Part shown: one piece after another, positions 26,601 through 35,762 of the stretch
Position numbering within the stretch: the first letter of the stretch is position 1
Layout of the letters: the number at the start of each line of letters is the position of its first letter
Assembly: GCA_965202585.1 (NCBI GenBank)
Contig: OZ241830.1
Span: 36,890,001-36,954,000, forward strand
Length of the DNA: 64,000 bases
Reading direction: 5' to 3'
From: Thalia democratica
Lineage: Eukaryota
Position numbers and translations under genes: made by a program
Notes under the pieces: generated by a model
Seen by the model: only the letters and a program-made list of their open reading frames with translations
Told to the model about the DNA's origin: nothing
The model's database searches: none

Positions 26601-27121
26601 TTAATAGCTTAATTTAAGCTAAAAACTTGAAATATTAAATATGATGCTGCTATTAGTCTACGTCTACGTAAACATTTGAATAAAACTGTTTGAACAAATG
26701 TTATATTTTCGACAACTAGATTATAACTTTTTTATCAAGTTTTCAATTATAAATAAAAAGAAAAAAAAGAATTATTAGCACAAATAACATGAATCTTACA
26801 ACATAAAATAGTTTGAAAATTTATTTGACTTGCAACAAAATCCAACTTAAAACAAATTACAACTTAAAATAGCAATTAAGTATGTTTCAAGTTTATGTGC
26901 AAACTCAAATTATATTAAGTAACTTTTCCTAAAATAATAAATATCTAATTCTTACATCAAGCATAAGTGTGAACGGATTGAAACCAAAAATTTTACTAAT
27001 TAGCTCTTTTTTACAAAACAACCTTTAAAAACTTGTTTTTTACAAAGTCGCAACTCAAAAACTCAATAAAAAATTCGAAGTCGTTCGTTTTTATCGACTT
27101 TTTAAAACAACAGTTATTTTA

Positions 27122-27490
27122 CTTTTGCGTCTAAAGCATGCATGTAAGCAAACGGAAAGTCTAATTTTCGTTTCCTTTGCGCTGAAAAACTTTTACAAAG
27201 AAGAAACAAGCAGAATAGTTAAAGTCAAGCTTAATGTCGTTGTTTTGATTAAACACGTGTCTATTTTTTCTTTTAGTGAAAAAGGCGCTAATCAAAGTTC
27301 TTTCTTAAATTAACTAAACGAACAATGTTTCGCTGTCGGTCTTATTAAGTTTTTATAAAACAAACTTGTGTACATTAAGTTTAATTCTCGTGTTTTAAGA
27401 GAACTTTAGAATAAATAAGACCTTCTTCGCTCATTTTAGTTGGCCAAGTATATTAACAAACTTTCTTATTTGAAGACTAAAAATTCATCA
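27122..27490. promoter_or_regulatory. Paralog-conserved non-coding block about 3.7 kb 3' of DMRT copy 1; counterpart at 52252-52625
   Basis: Contains an 89-bp exact match (27402-27490 = 52537-52625) amid diverged flanks. A regulatory function is inferred. Confidence 0.6.
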
Positions 27491-28409
27491 AATTCATACT
27501 TTTGCAATATTTTAAAGTTTTTCTTTAGATTTTTTTAAAACAAAAAACTTATTTCAATTAAAAGACAGACTTATTTAAAATTCTAAAAAACAATAAATCT
27601 GTAATTTTTATGAGAAGTTTGTACTAAAATTTTAAAAACTCAAGTGGTTTCGTTGCAAATCAGAAATGTTTACTACATTTTAAAACAAAATTGCATTTTC
27701 TTGACATTTCAATCTTTGCAAACTGTATAAATATTTAAGTAGCTTTTTAAACTTTTTCTCATCTTTATGAAAGAAACTTTCGTTTATTAAAATGATACTT
27801 AGTCTCGATACAAACTTTCAAAAATTCTCGTTAATTAATAATAAGCTAAACACATAAGCACTTAGAAACACACCTTGGCTGACTCAAATATTTTACTCGC
27901 TTTTTAACATTTAAGAAGGGTTTTATGGTTGCTATGCAGCGTTGTTAGGGAGCAGCTGGGAAAATTTCTTAAGTGAAAATTATTAAATGGTCACGGGTAA
28001 AAACAATGGCCGATTAAAAATAAAACTTCTAATAACTTTTCATATTAAAGAACTTCAATGCTTGTTTTTAAAGGGCAGTTTTGTCGAGCTATTGTTAGTT
28101 TCTTTTTGAATTCGTTCGAAGCAAATCTTGGGCAAAAGAAAATATCTTGAAAGGTGCTTACATGACACAATAAGTAGAAATAAAATTTAGTCTAACCGCA
28201 TCATAGCGCACAAAGCTATTTATCTCGATATCAAATGAAGAAAGCTTATTTGAGTGCAAGTATTAATATTTTCAATATTTCAACCAAACCCGAATATTTT
28301 AGTACAAAGCCGTTTCAGATATTAAATAAACAGGTTGCTACCGCAAAATGTGAAAATAAAAATTATACACTTTAAATCAGAATATGTCTTTAAAATCGAA
28401 GTAACTGTA

Positions 28410-28612
28410 ATGCATGTGACGCTAGCCGCAGTTATTATGACGTCACAAACGCGTAGTCAGGTGGTCGGCGACGATTTCAGGGGGTTTCGGCGATTGGGCG
28501 ATTGCAATTTTGCACTTTTGTGAGACATGTTACAGATGTTGTTAAAATGGTGACAAATTAATTGGTGGCACAATGGAACATGTCACAAGTGTAAGAAATA
28601 ACTTCATTGTAT
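28410..28612. promoter_or_regulatory. Paralog-conserved CpG-rich non-coding block with a CRE palindrome; counterpart at 53548-53752
   Basis: Shared tgcatgtgacgc, ttatgacgtcacaaacgcgtagtcaggtgg and aaaatggtgacaaattaattggtg...catgtcacaagtgtaagaaataacttcattgt. Confidence 0.6.
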
Positions 28613-31219
28613 TTCTATAGATTAAGTTGTATGAGGGCAATTTTGTCGTGTCGGGCAGATTGCTTTATGTTTGAACTAGAAAATATCTTTTTGTTAATAA
28701 GTTCATTTATTCATTTTTTAGTATTTATGAGTTCATAAATACCAGTAGAGTAATGCACAAACTTAAAGTGAATATTTAACAGATCATTTCTTAAAAATAA
28801 GCATGTCATTTTTTAATTTTAATTAATCAACAATGGTTTAAGTTTTTGAAAATATATAAAACTTACTTTATTTTAAAGAACAAACATTGTTAGTAAAAAC
28901 TATCAATTTTTCATTCTTTATTATATAAGAAAGGTTTTAGTTTAAAATATAACATAACCTTTGAGTATTACTTTAGTAACAATTGTAAAAAAAATAAGCA
29001 GTTTAGTTTTTTTTCACGCCGACTATTCCCGAAAATAAAATAAAAACTCTCGATAATTCAAAGGAAAAATAAAAATAAAAACTTGATCATCTTAAATTAA
29101 AACAAATTTATCTAATCTTTTGAAATCCAAATAAAATGCCGTCATATTTTCACTTGTATCTAAAGTTTATTATAAATGCTAGAGTCTTCAATCATACTTA
29201 AAACAAACATTCTAGTTGTAAATACAACAGCTAGAAATCAAACATTTTGGGAAATAAAAACTTTTAAACTGCTTATTTGTACATAACTTTAATTAGTAAT
29301 TTTTATTTATTTAACAGTTTCTTTTTTTTTCGAAGTATGCTGATATGAACTTAATTAACTTATGTTCTTTAAAATTTTGCATATAAATTTCGTATATAGT
29401 TGAGTTTGCAATTTGAAATGTTTATTACAACAATAAATTAAAAATTAACATTTTTACTTTTTAAACCGCTTTACATGATAAACGCATTTTACAGAATACT
29501 TTTACTAAAAGTTTAGTCTTGTCTTTTTGCTTTTTTTCATTAGTCTTTATTATTTGATTTTGTGTAGAACAAAAAAACATATATCTAACAACACTTCCAA
29601 AATCTTTTTACTCTTATTATTGTTTTCTAATACTGTTACATTTGGAACCAGATACATAATAAACTTTTAGCTTTTATAAGCTTATATAAAAGTTTAAACA
29701 CTATATTAATTATTACTTTACAACTGGTTTTAATTTATATTTCATAACTACCTGGAGTTCGGTTTATTAACTAAAACTTTCTTGAACAATATTCCTGAGC
29801 TATATTTTTTGTACTATTAGTTATTGTAATCTATAATTAACTTTTAAAATTTAAGTGAGGTAATACTGTTAAGAATATTTATTTGAATTAAAAAAACGTT
29901 CACTCTATCGATTTTTTTTTATTAAAAAAAACTGGCTACATTTAACATTAAATGAAATTAAAATAAGAAACACAAAATATATTTAAAAAATCAGAATTAC
30001 TAAAATAATGAAAAACTAAAATTAAGTATTTGTTATTACAGTATTAAGCTATTTAAAGTATTTAGCCTTTTTTATCAAGAATTTGTTCTAAACTATCAGT
30101 TTGTATTTATAGTTTTGACAAGTAAATGAAAAGAATGAAGTATTATAAAAAGCGCTACTTACAATATAGTCAAGCAAAATGGCGAAACGCGTAAAGCCTT
30201 AAAAATATATTAAAAAACAAAAACGACTAGAAAAAAAAGACATTGAAATTTTAAGTGAAAAAAGTTATTCAAATTTTACTCAGCGACAATAAAAGAACGG
30301 CAGTTAAAAACATTGAAATTTAATTTAATTCTTTCAGCAAGTTAACTTATTTTTTGTATTAATTGTAAATCAGCTTTTACTGTTTTTTAACTATTATAAA
30401 TTTAGGCTCAAATTGAGTTAGTTCAAGTATTTTCTTAACTCTGTTTTAGACTTTTATAAGTATGATTAACTTTTATTGTACTGACTAGAGACAGGCAACT
30501 TTGTTTATTAAATGGCTGTAGACTTTTAAAGTGTAATAAAAAGATAAGTAAGTGTTGACTTAATTATTTATAGAATAAACTATTAAAGTCGTACTATTTA
30601 AAGGACTAACTTGGTTATTTTTAAACTTTAACAAAACAAAGCAGCTGCATCAAATGAACAGAATGCACCTATCAAAACAAATTTCAGTACTATCAAAAAA
30701 CATTGATGCATCTAAATTGATATCTCTCTGTTTGTGATGAAAACTTTGTAATTGTTATACACAATTTACTGCAAACTACACATTTCTAGTATTTTTTTTC
30801 TTACATTATATATCAATGTTTCCCAAAAAAAAGCATATACCATTCGTATAGACTGTTTTCCTATACACAGAAAAATGCATAGCTAAATGGTAACTTAAAC
30901 ATTCAAGAATAGGTATACACCTAATCTTATTGCAAAACACTTTTTATGTAACTCTTATCAAGATTTTTGTTGTTTAAATGAACATTATTAAAAATATTTG
31001 AAACAAATAAAAAAAAACCGTACATTGTTTACATCTTTATTTTTAGTTACTGTGCTTGGCTATTGATATTCGGGAAACACTGGTAGATGCTATGCATGAA
31101 TAAAATCAAAAAAAATATTCAGTTCTGTAGTTCATTCGAAAAAATTAAAGTTATTTTATTAAACAATAAAATAGTTAACTATTGACTTTTTTAACATCGG
31201 TTTCGGGTTTTTCCTGTTT

Positions 31220-33663
31220 TTAAATTTGCCTGTTCATCTGCATCATCAGCTCGTTTATGGAAAGTATCTTGTTGCTTGGCAACTTGTTGCCGTTGTTGAG
31301 GCTATACCCCTGCGGACCCTCGGACCCCGCAAAACTTTGCTGCTGCTGGGGCCGCTGGATCTGGTTGTAGGCGCTGGGAATGAAGGGGGAGATGTTGAAA
31401 GGGAGTTTTCCTTCGTTGAAACTCGACGCCCTCATTTGATGGGACGTTGTGGCAGGAAAGTTTTTGGGGAACCCTCTGCTGATTTTATGGTAATTCCCCT
31501 GAATGGCGGCGTGCATGGCGGCTATTTGCTGCTGGGCCATCAGCGCGTAGTTATGATTGAAGTTTGATTGGCTGAACAACTGGCCGGTTGAAAGGGGATT
31601 ACGCTGAATCGGCATGTTGTAGTAGGCGTAAGTTGGATAATCTGATGGAATATGTAATATTAAAAAAGTTCATTACAGTTGTTTAAAACATTATTTCAAA
31701 ATAAAGTCAGTTTTTTTTCTTGTGTAAACTTTATTAGATTTCTTAAGATAAAAATAAATAAAATGTAATGCTTAACAATTGGTAGTTAGTTTTATCAAAC
31801 GAGTAAAAGTTTATAAGAATGGTCTATTTTTAGAAATATAGCTTAACTGACTTTGTCTAGGTTTCACATGTAATGATTGTTTCTGCACTTTTCTGCTGAC
31901 TTCCCTCTCAATGTCAGGTGACACTTTTCTTTTCAAGTTTCGCGGGTGACTGATATTCGGTGGCACCACATTGTTCTCCGTGTTTTTATGACTTAACATC
32001 TACAAAATAGGAAATATTATAGTTTTGTATGCTTCGGTTAAACTTTTAAAAGTATCAGAAAAAGAAATATTTCATAGCCATATTGAATTGACTTCGAAAA
32101 AAAAACCAAGTTCATAATCTTTAAAAAAACATTTCAACTTAATATGAATTAATTAAACTTTTAGAGAAACTAATAAGATAAAAAAGAGTTTTGTGCTCAT
32201 TCAGGATTGTATATAAAAAATAACTAAAGTTTACCTGCTTAATTGTGTACATCACATTACAATTGTTATTCTGATAAATTTTCGCGAGATAGTTCTTGTC
32301 GTCTTCAGGAAAAAGCTTGTAAAGCATTGCAAAGTCTTGTTGCTCGCTTCAAAATAATTAAATTCATTTAAAAGATAATAAATTACGATTTAAACTGCCA
32401 ATAAAATTGATTGAAATTTAAGATGTTATCGATTAAAACTACAAGTTTTAGTAGTTTAAATCAAGTGTGAGCATAGCTTGTAAAAAAATCATTAAAAAAT
32501 TTGTACCTTTTTTGTACATCCCCGTTCTTTTCTGACAGGTTAACATCAAAATCCACAGCCTTTAGAGCTTCATTGTTGCTAATATCTGAACTTTGAGACG
32601 GAGATTTTAAGCTTTCGTCAATAACGGAACAATTTCTTTTATTTTCTTCTATAATTTTTTTTAAAACCAAACTAAACAAACTCTTATACAAATAAATTAA
32701 CAGTTGAACTACGATTTAAAGTTTAATAAAAAAAAAATATTTTTCACTTTTAACTATTTTTTAAGCAATACGTTTAATTTCAAACTTTATTATTAACAAT
32801 AACTTGAATAGCTACACAAAATAAAAAAAATTATTTATCATTTTCTAACAAACCTGAATCGCTGCCGGACATCGAAGCAATCGACGGCTTTGCTTTGAAC
32901 TCGTCGACATTGACCTCCTTTTCCATGGGAGCTTTCTCCTCCAGGCTTGCTACGGGTGATTTCACCGATGACGTCACCAGCAAGCTTACGGTTGGCGAGC
33001 TGCTGGCTGAACTGCGGTGGTTCAGGTACCCGTTGCTAGTGGCAACCTCGGGCAACGGGGGGCTGAAAGGGGTCTTGTTGATGTTGTACATCAGCTGCAG
33101 CTCTCTCGCTTCGTTTTCTTCCTGCGCCTGCTGCCTTCTGAGGGCTACCTGTGTTTAAAGAACTCAAATTAAAACAAATAACTAGCAGTTGAAGTATTTG
33201 AAGCATACAGTGCTTAATTGCAATAAAACCACTAAAGCAGCTAATTAAATAATAAAACAGAATCAAAAGCTTTAAGAAGTTGTTGATACCTACTAAGTTA
33301 GTTTTCGAACATTTCTTTTATATGCTCATATTTATCTAACGAATTTTAATATTCTAGTTTTCAAACCTTAGCCGTCATGACCCTCTGCCGCTCTGCAATC
33401 AAGGTGCACTTTGCACACATGCAGTCCTTCCACTTGCAGTACCTCTTGTGGCCCTTCAGAGGGGAAACCACCCCGTGGTTGCGGCACCTGGCGCATTTGG
33501 GGGCGCGCAGGTACTTTTCCATGTTGGCAATCGTCGTCCGTAGCAACACGGGTTAGCGGTGGTGGTTTGGGGGTTCTCCCTGCTGTTAGATCATCTGTTG
33601 GGTGGATTGAAGGTCGAAGACGGAGGAGGTGGGAGTCTGCATCAGTTGGTTTGAAAAATTCAT
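31220..33663 (-). CDS. dmrtA: DMRTA/Dmrt99B-like paralog, copy 1. Exons: 33663-33367, 33148-32854, 32648-32507, 32346-32235, 31999-31852, 31641-31220. In-frame TAA at 33588-33586 and 33555-33553. Open 424-aa frame from the ATG at 33522. Either a truncated CDS or a young pseudogene.
   Basis: DM domain [45 protein letters not shown]|[21 protein letters not shown] and DMA-like [32 protein letters not shown]. The lengths of exons 1-5 (297, 295, 142, 112, 148) are identical to copy 2. Whether it is translated is unknown. Confidence 0.8.
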
Positions 33664-33950
33664 ATATTTTGATATTCAATTAAACTAGCTGCAAATTTTT
33701 TATGTTTTAGTTAGGTTACTTAGTATAAAACATTTAAATAATCAAATAAAAACTATAAAAACGTATTAACCAAAAGTAGTATCATTCAAGCCTGTTGCTA
33801 ATAATGTTGGTATAGTAAGTTAATCAGAAATAGGTGACTAATTGTAATATATTTTTTCTTAATTTTTTAAAAGCACGAAAGATTGAAAAATAAAATTTAA
33901 AAACATTGAAACTGATGGTAGTTTACATTCTACAAATACCCGACGCGTAC

Positions 33951-34062
33951 CTTCTGGTATTCTTTTCACAAGCTAAAACTTTTTTATTTTCAATATAGAA
34001 CATAAGTTGTTATTGTATCTGCAACTAAACATTTTTCAGCTTCGAAATAAACAAAAAACTAT
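33951..34062 (-). other. Probable 5'-UTR exon of DMRT copy 1 (donor at 33950, acceptor before 33688); counterpart 57876-57986 in copy 2
   Basis: Near-identical block in both copies that ends at a conserved gtacgc donor on the minus strand. A conserved ttgcag acceptor lies 25 nt before the ATG in both copies. Confidence 0.55.
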
Positions 34063-35599
34063 AAAAAATAAATAAAATGTAATTTGCTATTGATTGCAAA
34101 ACACTGCTAATAATTCTCGTCGGCTTCTAATGATAAACAAGTTTACGCCTTTCCTTTGAACTAAAAGTAAAAGTTATACATGGGCTGATTTTTTTTTCTT
34201 CTCACAATATCTTTCTCTCATATTATTATTTCTTTTTCTAATTTATCTCTCATTTTGTACTACTTCTCTCGTAAAAATTCGTACCTGCGTGACACAACTT
34301 GTAATCTATTATTTTACCTTTTAATATAATAATAACTTTTTTTGCACTAATTTTAATCTTAAAATAACTGGTTTGTAAGGTTATTGTAAACGTATAAAAT
34401 AAAAATATAAAACTGTTGAGTTTTCTTAATATGAACTCAAGTTGTTTGGGGATTGTAAGTATAAAACATTACACTTAGAAAACTTTGATATCCTGAATAT
34501 GTAATTCACCAAAACATATTTCGTTTAACTTTTATGAGTAATAAGTATAAAAAAACGTTTATCTAATTTATTTGCATTAGTACTTTTAAAAAAAAGTTGT
34601 CTGCCTCAAAGTTATAACACAATTGAAACCTTATGTATCCAGATTAAATATGAAATCATTTAATCCACCTTTACAATCTATTTACAAAAAAAAAAAACGT
34701 TAAGTAAATTGCAATATAAATAAATTCAACCTACAATATCTTTCGTTATCATAAAAATTCTCAGTACCTAATAATAGGGCAGTGTTCAAACATAGATTTA
34801 CAAATTAAACAAAGAAACAGCAAACAATGTAACAGAGGTAAAAATATTTTGTAGGTGGTTCAGTGTAGAGGTTTTAACAACTAAAGCGAGTGGTCAGATT
34901 TTAGATATTCATTTCAAATCTTCTAAATAAAGTTTTTCCGGCGCTGTTGAAAAATTTTAATTGAGCGATGTTACAATGAAGTAATATTTACAAATATAAT
35001 TAATATATTTCAGTATTTTTTTGTTTGTTTTATTAACAATACATTTTTATTATAAGTTTACAGTTCAAGTAATTGTGTTTTCACACTTAAAACTTTCTTT
35101 AAGCCATAAAAAATATTAATATACGATCATTGCTAATAACAAAAACTAATTTTAAAGTTAGTACAAAATTAAAAAAAAAGCTAGTTCAAAACTTTTCTTG
35201 ACCTTTTATTGTTTCAACAGTAAGTTTTGAATTCTAAACACTTTTGCTTTGTTTTTGAAATAACTCTTTAAAAACTTAAGAAAGTATGTTTTGTTTTAAA
35301 CTTTTAAAAAGAGTTTTAGAATTATTTTGTTGTTAAATTTAATTTATTAAGATTAGATAACTTAAAATAAAATTAGAGCAAACATTTTTTTAAGGTTTAA
35401 AAATAAATTGTTTCATCTAAGGACTTTAATGTTACTGTATTACAAAATAACAATTGGATGATTAAGAATAGCTAAGAAACTTGTTAAAAATAACGAGTAT
35501 TATAAAGTACCTAATTTAATACAATCAATTTTTTTTTTTCAATTTTTATTGATTAAGAATAAATTTCAATGGAAAATTCCGCAAACAACAAAATTGGAT

Positions 35600-35762
35600 G
35601 GTTTATTACGTAATATTAAGAAACGTGCGGAAGATCAATTAAATCGTTTTGTTTATTTTGATTTTGATCTCAAATTTCAGCACCGTTATGGGTAAGAGCG
35701 ATTCTGTTCGCATAAGACGACAATTTGTGCACGCGTATAGAGTTACAAAGATGTGAATTGAA
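35600..35762. promoter_or_regulatory. Paralog-conserved upstream non-coding block; counterpart at 59628-59788
   Basis: Shared caattaaatcgttttgtttattttgattttgatctcaa..tttcagcaccgttatgggtaaga...gattctgttcgcataagacgac..tttgtgcacgcgtatagagttac. Confidence 0.6.

Noticed and set aside
27402-27495. C/D-box snoRNA on the minus strand
   Set aside because: A TGATGA C-box-like word is present but I found no CTGA D box at a suitable distance.
31226-33266. ORFs 31226-31567 (+), 32895-33158 (+), 33036-33266 (-) and 55217-55474 (+)
   Set aside because: They are shadows or off-frame readings of DMRT exons 2 and 6.
33368-33683. ORFs 33368-33679 (-), 33411-33683 (+), 57296-57529 (+) and 57330-57602 (+)
   Set aside because: They are alternative-frame or antisense shadows of the GC-rich DM exon, and the minus-strand one begins at TTG across a splice acceptor.
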